DNA of 64,000 nucleotides from Octopus vulgaris (lineage: Eukaryota), in contig OX597838.1 in the NCBI GenBank assembly GCA_951406725.2, positions 10,788,001-10,852,000 on the forward strand, read 5' to 3'. Positions 50,455-64,000 of this stretch are shown piece after piece; the stretch's first letter is position 1, and the number at the start of each line of letters is the position of its first letter. A program made the position numbers and the translations under genes. The notes below the pieces were generated by a model. It saw nothing but the letters and a program-made list of their open reading frames with translations, searched no databases and was not told the DNA's origin.

Positions 50455-50493
50455 TGTGTGTATGTATGTATATATATATATATGTGTGTGTGT

Positions 50494-50584
<91 letters not shown>

Positions 50585-50666
50585 CATATATATATATACA
50601 TATATATATATATACATATATACATATATATATATGTATATATATATATGTATGTATATATATATG

Positions 50667-50702
<36 letters not shown>

Positions 50703-50809
50703 CATATATATATATATATACATACATATATATATATACATACATATATATATACATACATACATATATATATATACATACATATATATATATATACATA
50801 CATATATAT

Positions 50810-50873
<64 letters not shown>

Positions 50874-50882
50874 ATGTATATA
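50455..50882. repeat. Long (TA)/(TACA)/(TATG) microsatellite
   Basis: Directly visible; similar tracts at 18541-18900, 38380-38760, 53670-54120 and 56900-57250. Confidence 0.98.
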
Positions 50883-53800
50883 CTTCCCAAAATAGCTTTT
50901 GTTATGATTTCATTAATTAACATCTTAATTATTATTACATTTTTTTTTTAAACGCAAGTCAAGGGACGGGTATTTGGAAGAAATCTTCTTTTTTTTTAAT
51001 CTTTAAAAACTGATGCTTCATAATTTACAGATCAATCTAACATTTTACTGGCTCTAGTGTCCAAGATACACGTAGTCAAGGTTTCTTTGCTATTTATTTC
51101 CTTTGTCAGAAATAAATAAATTTAAAACAAAAATCTGTGAATGTTAGACAACATACTGCTAATTAAAAGCAACAATTAGGATCTTTGCAATAAATTTTAA
51201 TAACACTTTCTGAGTAACAAGCCACTGGGTTTGCCTAAATAACTACACATGCACACGCAGCTGTAATGCACACATATACTTAGATATGTTATATACACAC
51301 TCACACACACGATACACATATACATTTATGTATGTACACACTCACAGACACATAGAGTGATAGACATTTCTATACATTTTAATTCATAGTTCTTCACAGC
51401 AAATATCAAGACATTGTGTTGATTAAATGCAATAACAAAAAAGAAATAATAAAAAAATAAAATTAAAGCCTTTTGGTTATGAAGTAAGCACTGGAGGAAG
51501 AAATGTAAATTAGTGGAATAAAAAAAAAAGGAAGTCAATGAAGACAGCAGCTGGTTGTTTTTTTTTGTTTTTTATTTTTTTGAAGAAAAGCAAAGCAAAT
51601 TAAGGAGAGATAATTAAACAGGTAGAGAAAGAAAAGGGCCTGTTGGAAATAATAAGTACGTAAAATATTAAGAGAAACGAACAAGGATGAGGGGGAAAAG
51701 TACCAGAGCACATAGCAATTCTCTTATATACCTGTAATAGTTGAGAGACTGTGTGAATCCTTATAATAATGGAACTAAATGAGACATACACATGCCTGAG
51801 TGTGCACACACACACACACACAAATGACCATGCCGTTTTGCCAGCGCTGCCTCGACTGGCCTCCGTGCTGGTGGCACGTAAAAGACACCAACTGATCGTG
51901 GCCGTTGCCAGCCTCACCTGGCACCTGTGCTGGTGGCACATAAAATGCATCCACTACACTCACAGAGTGGTTGGCATTAGGAAGGGCATCCAGCTGTAGA
52001 AACACTGCCAGATCAGACTGGAGCCTGGTGCAGCCGCCTGGCTTCCCAGACCCCGGGACAGAGGGGAACTTTCTAGGTGTAATCCCATGGTCATTTGTGA
52101 CCGAAGGGGGTTTTTTACCCTTTTTTTACACCCCTAATTTACTGTGATCACTTCCTCACCTACTTACTGCCTCCGCTTTTAAGCCCGTTCACTTCTTTAT
52201 CGCTTCCACAAACCATTACGTGACTTCTCTGTCAAAAACACCTTTTGACCAAAACTCTAGACTTTTTCACTGTTCACAACAACCAACCTTACCGATTACC
52301 ACAGTTTATGGAACCTCTTCACTTTGGTTCTTATTTCTCCACTCTTTCTAATGTGATTACTATCCTTTTTTTCTTTGTTTTTGTTTCTGTCTGATACACA
52401 TAAACCGAAATCAAAAATGACCACATCACTCTGATCATGAAAGTGTCAAAATGCTGTCCATATCTGTGACAGCAACTTTGTCTGCCAAAACCATTTGTTT
52501 TATTGATCGGTTTTTCTCTTCATATTCCAATCATCTAAAGATTCCTTCAGACATAATTATAGGTTCCATTCTACTAAATCCCGAGAGTGGCACACCCATT
52601 ATTGTATTCTTCTTGGAAATAAGTGAAACAAGTACTCTAATTACATTTGACGGCCTCTTTAAGATCACTGAAATATGAAGAGACAATTGCATAGTTCTGG
52701 GTTCAGTCCTACTGCGTGGCGCTTGTACTGGGAAAGTAGCTTGCACTATCGCCTTGGGCTGACCAAAGCCTTGTGAATGGATTTGGGAGACAGAAATGGA
52801 GTGCTTAGCCACATGCACCTTAATTTCACAAGCCTGTTGATTGGATCAACTGGAACCCTCGTTGTTGTAGCCAACAGAATGCCAGTTTTTCAGTAAATTG
52901 GAACAATTTTAAAATAACTCGCTTTTATTTACATTTATCAAATTCAATATGTATTAAAAGTGTATAAATTTTAAATTTTGTTTATAATTTCATAACGTTT
53001 ATAATTTTTTTTTTATAATTTTATTTTCATTCCTGTTGGATCTTACTTATCTGTCCATGACAGTTTTTTAAAAATTAGGTCATAATCATTTTCTCCAGCT
53101 ACACCCCCAGGATGGAGCAATAGTTTAGTTGAACTTAAAACATTCAGTTAGCAGTGCAAGAGATAACTCCAGAAATTATCCAAAACGTTTTGCGATGCTA
53201 GGATAGATCTGAAATTTGCCGGGATACAGATGGAGCACATGTTGAAAATTTCCAATAAAGTTTTGATGTAAGATTTAGAAATCTATTTGTTATGGTATCA
53301 TGATTAAAAAAAAATTTGTTGATTTCATTAAAATAGAGAGTTAATTCTGGGACACCCTGTATATATATATGTTAGCAGCTGAAATTTGTAGTTTCAACCT
53401 GGCCAAGCCTCACCATCCATGCAGCTTAGATTAATTACACAGTTCCGGGTCAACCATCATTCAAATTCAGCTTATTTGTTATGGAATTGTCTAAATATAA
53501 TTACATTTTAGAAACATTTAGCATATGCAAAACTGAAGTGTTTAATCAAGAGAACACCAACACAAAATACAAACAACTGGAAAACTTTCCTCTCTTCAAA
53601 CATCAAAGTTTTAGCAAAAGAAAAGACAAATATCTGTTTGAATAAACAAAATGACAGGAGTAAATAGTGTGTGTGCGCTTATATGTATGTGTGTATGTAT
53701 GTATGTGTATGTGTGTGTGTGTGTGTATGTTTATCTAAGTGTGTTGGTGTGTGTGTATATGTGCGTATGTTTGTGTTTGTGTGTGTATATGTGTGTTTAT

Positions 53801-54699
53801 GCATTTGTGTGTGTATGTGTGTGTATGTGTGTGTTTGTATGTGTGTGTGTGTGTGTGCTTATATGTATGTGTGTATATATATGTATGTTTGTCTATGTGT
53901 GTTGGTGTGTATGTCTGTGTGTATATTTGTGTTTGTGTGTTTGTGTGTGTATATATATGTGTTTATGTCTTTGTGTGTACATGTGTGATTGTATGTATGT
54001 GTGTGTGTGCTTATATGTTATGTGTGTGTATATATATATATATTTATATATTTGTCTATGTGTGTTGCTGTGTATGTACATGTGTGTGTTTGTGTGTCTG
54101 TGTATGTTTGTGCGATTTGTGTCAGTAGTAGTTGTAGTAGTTGCTCTCTCTGCTGGTGGTAGCAGTAATTCTGATAATTAAATAGTAATGCAATAAACTA
54201 TAAGAAATGCCAAAGCAGAAATGAAGAACCAGAATCTGACAAAGATAACACACAGGTATCGAAGAGTTATGGGATTTTGTCTTTTCTTTTAAATAAATAA
54301 ATAATATAAAATGCTTCTGAAATTTTAACTCTGACAACCTCACATTTCGCTATCACCAGCTGCCTTCAAACACAGGATTTAAAACATGGCCAACACACTA
54401 AAACCAGTAGGAAGAAGTGTGATGAGAGAAATTTAATTGTTAGCAAATGGAATGCTAAAGAGATATCAAATCAAGGAATATCACCTGCAAGTGACTGACA
54501 TTTTATCCAGGAAGAAATTTATCTTTCGTCTCATTTGTATATGTATTATGTATATTTTCTGAAAGTTTAGCGTTGCTAGTAATAGGTTTTCAGCAGGCCA
54601 GATGTTATAATGTAAGACAAATAATGATATTGTGCTCAGACAATAATGACTTTATAAATGAACAAGGAAAACACTGCAACAATTCCAAACCAAACTGCA

Positions 54700-55670
54700 A
54701 TAAGGTCTGACAAAATACTGAAGCATTTTGCGCGGCGTGCTAACAATTCTTATTTCTTTATTGCCCACAAGGGGCTAAACATAGAGGGGACAAACAAGGA
54801 CAGGCAAACGGATCAAGTCGATTATATCGAGTCCAATGAGTAACTGGTACTTATTTAATCGACCCCGAAAGGATGAAAGGCAAAGTCGACCTCGGCGGAA
54901 TTTGAACTCAGAACGTAGCGGCAGACGAAATACTGCTATGCATTTCGCCCGGTATGCTAACGTTTCTGCCAGCTCGCTGCCTTAAAAATAATGATAATAA
55001 TAATCATTTCTGCAATAAGTACAAGGTCTGAAATTTTTGGAGAAGGGACCAGTTGATTACGGTGACCCCAGTGCTTGACTGGTGTTTGTTTAATCAACCC
55101 TGAAAGGATAAAAGGCAAAGTCAACCTCAATGGAATTTGAACTGGGAATGTAAAAGAAATGCTGCCAAGCTTTTTTTGTCCAATATGGTAGCAATTCTGC
55201 CAGCTTGATGCCTTAATTTCAATTTTCAAATTTTGGCACAAAGCCAGCGAAGTGGGGGTAAGCTGATTATATATTTCTTCATTGCCCACAAGGGGCTAAA
55301 CATAGAAGGGACAAACAAGAACAGACAAAGGGATTAAGTCGTTTACATCGACTCCAGTGCGTAACTGGTACTTTATTTATCAACCCCGAAAGGATGAAAG
55401 GCAAAGTCGACCTCGGCGGAATTTGAACTCACAACGTAACGACAGACGAAATACGGCTACGCATTTCGCCCGGCGTGCTAACGTTTCTGCCAGCTCGCCG
55501 CCTAGCTGATTATATCAACCCCAGTGTTCAATTGGTACTTATTTTATCGACCCTGGAAGGGTGAAAGGTAAAGTCGACCTTGGTGGAATTTGAACTCAGA
55601 ACACAAAGCCGGCCGAAATACTGCTAATCATTTTACCTGGCATGCTACCAATTCTGCCAGCTCACCACCT
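54700..55670 (-). mobile_element. Nested cluster of Meta-like SINEs (young copies at ~54751-54982 and ~55272-55502 inserted among older copies)
   Basis: Family match; agctgattatat is duplicated on both sides of the 55272-55502 copy. Confidence 0.85.
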
Positions 55671-56142
55671 ATGAATAAATAAGCATCACATTCAACAGAG
55701 AGATCTGGAAGAGTTAAAAAAGAGTTTCGTGAATGGACGGGGGTAGATAAAGAGGTGATGGCCATAAGTTTGGCAGAAAGATTGAGACAATGCACAAAGT
55801 AATAGTGGTGGCGGTGGTGGTGGTGGTGGTGATGTCAATGATGAGTGAAGACGCTGAGGGTCAACCACGATTCAGTGTCACACATGCTACCAATATAACG
55901 CTTTGGTTAAGTGGATATCTTCTGACTTCCTGGAAGCATTTCTCTTAAAGTGTCAGGTAGATTGAATTATGAATGAGAAGAATTTCCTCAAGAACAGTTA
56001 AAAACCGTGTATATACACACACATATACATGTGTGTATATGTACGTATGTAAACATATACACATATATATATATATATATATATGCATATGTATATATAT
56101 ATATATATATAGATATATATGCATATGTATATATATATATAC

Positions 56143-56173
<31 letters not shown>

Positions 56174-56316
56174 CATATATATATGCACATATATGTATGA
56201 GTATATACACACATAATTATATAAAGAGTATTTTTAATTGCTTTTTTGTGACACCACTGACCAACAAAACAGACACACACACACGTACACACGCACGCAT
56301 GCACGCACACACACAC

Positions 56317-56352
<36 letters not shown>

Positions 56353-56895
56353 AAATAACTGCACTGGGTCAATAATTTAACATTTTCTAATCTACTTCTG
56401 ACTATAACTGACATTATCGATCATGTGTGTGTGGGGGGGACTCGGGCGGGGGAAGGCGAGGAGAGGGGGCTGGCGATGGGGGTGTGGTGGAGAGAAACAA
56501 CACTACTGTAATTGATCCTGTTTATTATCTTTACCTATCCATTATTTTATGTCAGCTTTTGTAGCACCAGAGTGATATAATATCAATTTGGCATCCAATA
56601 ATATCAGCAAAGTGACTTCAGTCATTGGCTGATTATATTTCCTTCCATATCCTCTTAGTATAACGGGTTTAAAAATAAGCCATGGACACACAGACACACA
56701 CACACACACATTCCCATACACAAACACATTTACATATTGGTGTAAGTGTAGGTATCTGTATGTGTATGGATGAGTGCGTGTGTGTGTGTGTGTATACATA
56801 TGCATACACACACAAGTGCACAACCCCAGACCACACATTCATTCATACATGATTATGCAATTACCTATTAGCAAGTAAAGCGTGTTCAAATAAGA

Positions 56896-56973
<78 letters not shown>

Positions 56974-57020
56974 CATATATATATACATATATATATATAT
57001 ACATACATATACATACATAC

Positions 57021-57059
<39 letters not shown>

Positions 57060-57199
57060 CATATATATATATATACATACAAACATACATAGATATATAC
57101 GTACATACATATATACATACATATATATATAGATGCATACATATGTATATATAGATGCATACATATATAGATACATACATACATATTATATGCACACAA

Positions 57200-57239
<40 letters not shown>

Positions 57240-59928
57240 GCATACACATAATTTGCCTCATCTGTTCTTGTCAAACTGTACAACCCATGCCAGCGTGGAA
57301 AAAAAGGGCATTAGATGATGATGGTGATATATATATATAACTTCATCCATTATTCAAAGACACAGGACAGATAATCTATGAAGAACAAGAAATAGCTGCC
57401 AGATGGAATTAAACTCAGATGTTTTATTAGGTATATAAAGCAGTGAATTTGCAGAGTTATTTGAGGTTGGGGAGAATAAAACCTCATCATATTTCTCCTG
57501 ACTCTCAGTGTTCTGAGTTCAAATCTGACTAGAGTCAACTTTGCCTTTCATATCTTGTGTTAAAAAAAGATGATTTTTGATTTCACAGTTTTGAGAAACC
57601 CAAATATGCCATTGGTTACTCTGACATCACAGTGATGAAACTACAGAGCTTCGTGTTAAAAAAGGTGGACCCAGCCAGATGTAATAATTGATTTAATGAA
57701 TCTACTGATCTTGATATGGGTAGCAAACGAAAGTGAAAGTAGATTTGCCTGTCTTTCATCTTTTACTCATTGCAGTCATTAAACTGTAGCTATGCTGGAG
57801 CAACATCCTGAAGAATTTTTTTTTACTCTGATGGACTGACCCCAGTACTTTTTCTTTTACTGAACCGCTAAATTATAGGGACATAAACAAATTAACAAAG
57901 GTTGTCAAGCTGTTTAGGGGACAAACACAGACACAAAGACACACACACATATACAACAGGATTTTTTCAGTTTCTGTCTACCAAATCCATTCACAAGGTT
58001 TTGCTTAGCCTGAGGCTATAGTAGAAGCCCAAGGTGTCATGCAGTGGGACTGAACCCGAAACCATGTGGCTGAGAAGAAAACTTCTTACCACACAGCCAC
58101 TCCTGCACCTATATTAAGTACTTAGTATTTCTTATGTACTATTCTTAGAGAAAACAGAAGAAGTTATTAAAAACAGATGATGCATAGTGTGTGTGTAGTA
58201 GTAGTAGTAGTAGTAGTAGTAGTTGATCTTATGATCAAACCAAAGAAGCTATGTTTACATTTTTTTTTTCTTTTTATAGTTGATGCAATGTATCAATCAT
58301 AACATCGGAAAGAAGTGTCAACTTTTAACTGAGAAATCTTGTAAATATCTCAATATTCACAAGTGTGTGTGGCAGTGAGGCAGCAGAATCATTAGAACGC
58401 CTGGCAAAAATGCTTAACAGCATTTCGCCCATCTTTATGTTCTGAGTTCAAATTCTGCTGAGGTCAGTTTTGCCTTTAATCCTTCTGGGGGGTCAATAAA
58501 GTAAGTACCAGTGGTGGACTGAAGTTGATGGAATTGACCATCTCCCTCTTCCAAAATTTCATGCTCTATGCCTATTGTAGAAAGGATTATTATTATTATT
58601 ATTGTTATTATTATTATTATTATTATTAAAGAGGTGAGCTAGTGGAATCATTAGCACACTGGGGAAAATGCTGAGCAGTACTTCATCCATCTTTAAGTTC
58701 TGAATTCAAATCCCATTGAGATCGACTTTGTCATTCGTCCTTTCAGGGGTTGATAAAATAAGTACCAGTTGAGCGCTGGGGATTAATATAATCAACTGAC
58801 TCACTCCTCTGAAATTGCTGGCCTTGTGTGAAAATTTGAAATGAATATTCATAAGCATAGAAAAGGCACCTGATAAGGTCCCAAATACACACCCTTTTTA
58901 TAGTCTGAGGAACAATAAAGGGCACAAGCAAGGCTGCGCAATTAAGAACTGAATCACATAATTTCAGGTTCCATCTCACAGTGAAGCACCTTGGACAAAT
59001 GCCTTCTACCATAACAAAACCTCGTGTGCAGAATTATGCAAAAGGAAACTATGTGGAAGCCTGTCAAAAGGACTGTTTGTGTTTTGGGATATTAGGCTTA
59101 ATCCATTAATGGGTTTAACACCATCATATGGTCGGGCCTCAATGTCTACAATGGAATGCATGCATTTGCAAGCCTTTGGGCCAGGTTGTGTGAAAATATC
59201 TTCCTCCATCTCTCCAATTATCCCTACAGGCCCTAAAAAAATGTCACGCTAACTTCTCTCCCTCCTCTGACCAAGCCATTAAAAAAGTGAGCCAAGTATC
59301 GCTGAATGATCTAAGAGGACAGATTGAAGTAGAGTTTGGAATTAGTAGAAGGAATCATAATCAGCAGAATATACGACAATCTGTCTAACGTTGGTTGACA
59401 CCTCACTAAATGTACACTCAATATATATTTCTTTATTGCCCACAGGGGGTTAAACATAGAGGGGACAAACAAAGACAAACAAACAGATTAAGTCGATTAC
59501 ATCGACCCCAGTGCGTAACTGGTACTTTATTTATCGACCCCAAAAGGATGAAAGGCAAAGGCAGCTGGTGCTAGGAAGGGCATTTAGCCATAGAAACCAA
59601 GCCAAAATTAGTGTGTGAACCAGACGGGATTCAGTGACCTTTCAAGGAGGGTAGCAGCTCTAAATGAGGACTTGGACTTGGGAACCCATCTAACTCATGC
59701 CAGTATGAGAAATGAACATAGAAACAAGGATGATGATAAAAACATTTTCTAACTTTGGCATCAGATTGACCATGGGAAATTTAGCAGACAAGTGATGTCA
59801 ACCAAGGGCCTGTCCTATTCTGTGTCTTTTTTTTTTCCAAGTTCTTATGGTCAACAGATAGGAGTTAGTTCTAGACTGGGACCTGTGTTTTATGATAATT
59901 TGCAAGAAAAATTAAATCAATGATTATA

Positions 59929-59994
<66 letters not shown>

Positions 59995-61719
59995 AACACA
60001 TATACACACACAATATCTATATATGTGTGTGTGTGTGTCTGTGTGTTTATACTGACTATTAAAATCTCGTCTTTTAGCAATTATTCATTACTAAAAATGG
60101 GATTAAATAGACTGGAAAACTGATATTAACAATGATTCATTGCCTCAGTTATTGAGATGTTTAAGGCAAAATAATGTTTGCAGCTAAATAGTTGAGACGC
60201 CTGACAATAAACATAGACCAAGTTTAAAGTGGCATTTTGAGAGAGAGAGAGAAACAATGTGTGTGTGTGTGTGTGTGTGTGTGCGTGCACATATTGCTAA
60301 AGATGTTATACAATGAGTGTAGGAACTAAAGTTAATTCCATGACAACAGATGATAGAGTGAGGATAAAAAAGACAAAATGCAAAATAATCTAGACGGATT
60401 AGTTAGTAACTGGATCTAGAGGAGTGTGTGTGTGTGTGTGTGTGTTGTGGTGATGGTAGGGGTGTGTGGACAGGCATTGCTGGTAGTCCTCTCCCTTTTA
60501 TATCTTATGTTCTTGGAACGGTGACTCTTGAAGGAGATAAAGCTATAACTAATAGCATGTAAATACTGAGTTAAAAAAAAACCTTGGATTAAAAAAAGTT
60601 GAAGGATGCCCATTTTATAACCCAATATTTACATAGTATTATTTATAGCTTTATCTGATTCAAGATTCACTGTTCCAAAGAAGAATTATTTCCATGTTCT
60701 CAAAGTTTCTAAATTTCCAAAGCATCAACAATATACACACATACACACAACTAATTGTGTGGTAAGAAACCTACTTCCCAACCACATGGTTCAGGGTTCA
60801 GTCCCACTGTGTGTCACCTGGGCGAAACGTGTTCTATTATAGCCTCAGGCTGACCAAAGCCTTCTGAGCAGAGTTGGTAGATGGAAACTGAAAGAAGCCT
60901 GTTGTATTCGTATGTGTGTGTGTGTGTGTGTGTGTGTGATGTTTAACATCCACTTTTACATGCTTGCATGAGTTGGATGGAATTTATTGAGACAGAATTT
61001 CTACAGCCTGAAGACCCTTCTGTCTCCAACACCCTCACTTGTTTCCAACCAAATTAATATTCCCCATTACCAGACAGGTTTTCAGAGACGATTGGAAGTG
61101 AAAGAGACCATCTCCATGATGACAGCACTCATTTACAGCTATCACATGAAGTCAAGGCAAGGAGACACTAATACACACACATGATTGGAGGTTGATGGCC
61201 TCGTGCTCTAGGGGTTTGGATGTTGGATGCAAGGTCAAAGTTAAGATTTGCAGACCAGTTGGCACAAAATGTGTGTTTGGCACACTTGGGTGTTTGGATG
61301 CATGTGTCCCTGTGTTTAATTTAATTCTCTGTCCTATGACAGGTTTCTTTCAGTTTCTGTGTACCAAATTCACTCACAAGACTTTGGTTGGTTCAGGACC
61401 ACAGTAGAAGACTTGCTCAAGGTGCCACACTGGGACAGAACCCACAACCATGCAATTGGGAAGCAAATTTCTTAACACATAGATACATCTGCACTTTTAT
61501 TGCTAATCGTCTGCGAAAACCTGTCCGACCATGGGGAATATTAACTTGCAGTTTTGAAATGGTTTCCTTCATTGGATACCCTTACAAGCAACAAAGTGTA
61601 CTGGGTTATATTTTTGGTGTGGTGCCATCACTAGAGGGAGTTCATACTCCAACAAGCCTCATTTGATTTTGCAGTGTCTCAACTCACTGAAGGTTGTGTG
61701 ACTAAGATGGGGTGAGTAT

Positions 61720-62226
61720 AAAAGAGAGAGAGAGGGTGGTGGTGAAAAAGAAAGATGGAGTAAGTGGGTAGGAGGAGTGAGGAAATGATGACAATGGGAG
61801 GAGGGGAATAGAGTGGTTGGAGTGTGTAGGGAAGGGGTGAGACTAACAGTGCTGAGGGTAACAAAAGAGAGAGGGGGTATGGGAGAGAGAGAGGAGAGGG
61901 AGAAGGGGATAGAGAGGAGGAGAGGGAGAGAAAGAGAGGAGTATGGGAGAGAGAGAGAGAGAAACAGAAGGAAAGAAAGAGAAAGAGTGGAAGGAAAGAA
62001 AAAGGAGAGAAAGAAATAGAAAGAGCGGAAGGAGAGAAAGAGAAGACGGAGAAAGAGGAAAAAGAAAGAAGGAAGGAGGAGATAGAAAGAGAGAGAGAGA
62101 AAGATGGGAAGGAGAGAAATATAGAAAAAGAGAGAGAGAGAGAAAAGAGGAAAGAAAGAAAGAGAGACATAAAGATAGATAGATAGATCAACAGAGAGAT
62201 GGAGAAGGACAGAGAGAGAGAGAGAG
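61720..62226. repeat. Purine-rich (GA/GGA/GAAA) low-complexity tract
   Basis: Directly visible. Confidence 0.9.
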
Positions 62227-62511
62227 CAACGGCTGCTGTTACATCATCATTATTTAGTATTCAAGAACGGCAGAACCGCTAAACAGAAGCTCCGTCTTTG
62301 AATGCCTGCATTCAAAGATGGAATGATCTTTAATGTTTACAGACTCTGACACTGGTGATTATCTTAAACTCTCTTTCGTATATCTATATTTTCAACGGAA
62401 GATGATTGATGTGTTAACAATGGCAGTTGTATATATCATTTCGGGATTAATAATTACCGATACGATGACAAACAAATACAGAAACATGCTACAATGGTTT
62501 GAAACTCAATT

Positions 62512-62903
62512 ACTCTCTTTTACTTGTTTCAGTCATTTGACTGCGACCATGCTGGAGCACCGCCTTTAGTCGAGCAAATCGACCCCGGGACTTATTCTTT
62601 TGTAAGCCCAGTACTTATTCTATCGGTCTCTTTTGCCGAACCGCTAAGTAACGGGGACATAAACACACCAGCATCGGTTGTCAAGCAATGCTAGGGGGAC
62701 AAGCACAGACACACACACACTCATATATATATACATATATACGACGGGCTTCTTTCAGTTTCCGTCTACCAAATCCACTCACAGGGCTTTGGTCGGCCCG
62801 AGGCTATAGTAGAAGACACTTGCCCAAGGTGCCACGCAGTGGGACTGAACCCGGAACCATGTGGTTGGTAAACAAGCTACTTACCACACAGCCACTCCTG
62901 CGC

Positions 62904-62938
<35 letters not shown>

Positions 62939-63103
62939 TACGACAGGCTTCTTTCAGTTTCCGTCTACCAAATCCACTCACAGGGCTTTGGTCGGCCCGA
63001 GGCTATAGCAGAAGACACCTGCCCAAGGTGCCATGCAGTGGGACTGAACCCGGAACCATGTGGTTAGTAAGCAAGCTGCTTACCACACAGCCACTCCTGC
63101 GCC
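62512..63103 (-). mobile_element. CORE-like SINE with duplicated 5' head, flanked by a ~132-bp direct repeat
   Basis: Full SINE 62512-62904, (TA)n, second head to 63103; flanks 62379-62511 and 63104-63234 are near-identical. Confidence 0.9.
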
Positions 63104-63911
63104 TATATCTATATTTTCAACGGAAGATGATTGATGTGTTAACAATGGCAGTTGTATATCATTTCGGGATTAATAATTACCGATACGATGACAAACAAAT
63201 ACAGAAACATGCTACAATGGCTTGAAACTCAATTGAGGAATTTCTTCGCTACTTGTCTTTACATAGCATCACAGTCATTTGATATTGCCGTTTGGCCTCT
63301 ACCAAATTGGCACTGCTTACATTAGCTATTAAAGTACTATTATCGTTTTTATCAAGTGGAAGAATTACATCAATTTCATTTGGCATAAGCCGTGTTTTAA
63401 AAGTTCTTTTAAATGCTGTGATTGATGCTGGAATTATCAATGGCAGTGAACTAGCAGAGCCGTTAGAATACAGGACAAAATATCTTGCCATATCCAGAAG
63501 TGGTTCTTTACATTCTGAGTTCAAATACTATCAGAGATCAACTTTAATTCCCATCAGTTTTTTGTTTTTGGTGGTGGTGGTGGTGGTGGTGGAAATAGAT
63601 GAAGTACCAGTAGAGTTCTATGGGTAGGGGGCAATAATGAAAGTACCAGTTAATTCAGTGGTGGGGAGTAAGATGATCAGCTAAGTTCAGTGGTGATGAT
63701 GGTAAATAAAGTACCAGTCAAGTTCTGGGAACGGGGGAGGGGGCAATAAGGAACCAGTTAAGTCCAGAGTGGGGGCTAATGGGGGTCAATATATTTGACT
63801 GTGCCTATTAAATTTCTAGCCTTATGCCTAAATTAGAAATTATTAATTACAACTAGATGCAGGCATATCCGGCCCAAATATTCATCTGCTGTCCCTGCTG
63901 GCATGGTTGTG

Positions 63912-63942
<31 letters not shown>

Positions 63943-64000
63943 ATATTAGAAGAAATGAGGTAATCAGAAGATCAGATGGTTTATATTTACAGATATTTAT

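Noticed and set aside
52451-52818. Possible RIM-BP SH3 exon
   Set aside because: No SH3 motifs, and minus-strand frames from the nearest acceptor hit stops without a compatible donor.

Overview
AT-rich, microsatellite- and SINE-saturated animal DNA. The repeat content looks like an octopus/coleoid cephalopod genome (inference). Most or all of the window lies inside one large minus-strand gene for a RIMS-binding protein (RIM-BP/RIMBP2-like active-zone scaffold). Ten GT-AG exons between 50033 and 15567 splice in frame and encode the post-SH3 linker, the three tandem FN3 domains and the acidic 'SELSDIAEVDEE' motif. No SH3 exons were found, so they presumably lie outside the window. The introns hold RTE, CR1, Penelope-like (PLE) and Hero-like retroelement fragments, Helitron/Helentron and mariner relics, MITEs and several SINE families. 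The most unusual signals are: (i) a 2.6-kb foldback with ~760-bp near-identical arms ending in degenerate hammerhead-ribozyme motifs, 190 nt from an exon; (ii) several minimal PLE-type hammerhead motifs, mostly in (TA)n-embedded elements; (iii) old palindromes, two centred on CACTAGTG; (iv) a SINE flanked by a ~132-bp direct repeat; (v) inverted SINEs tightly bracketing an FN3 exon. Most ORFs in the supplied track are translated microsatellites or SINEs.
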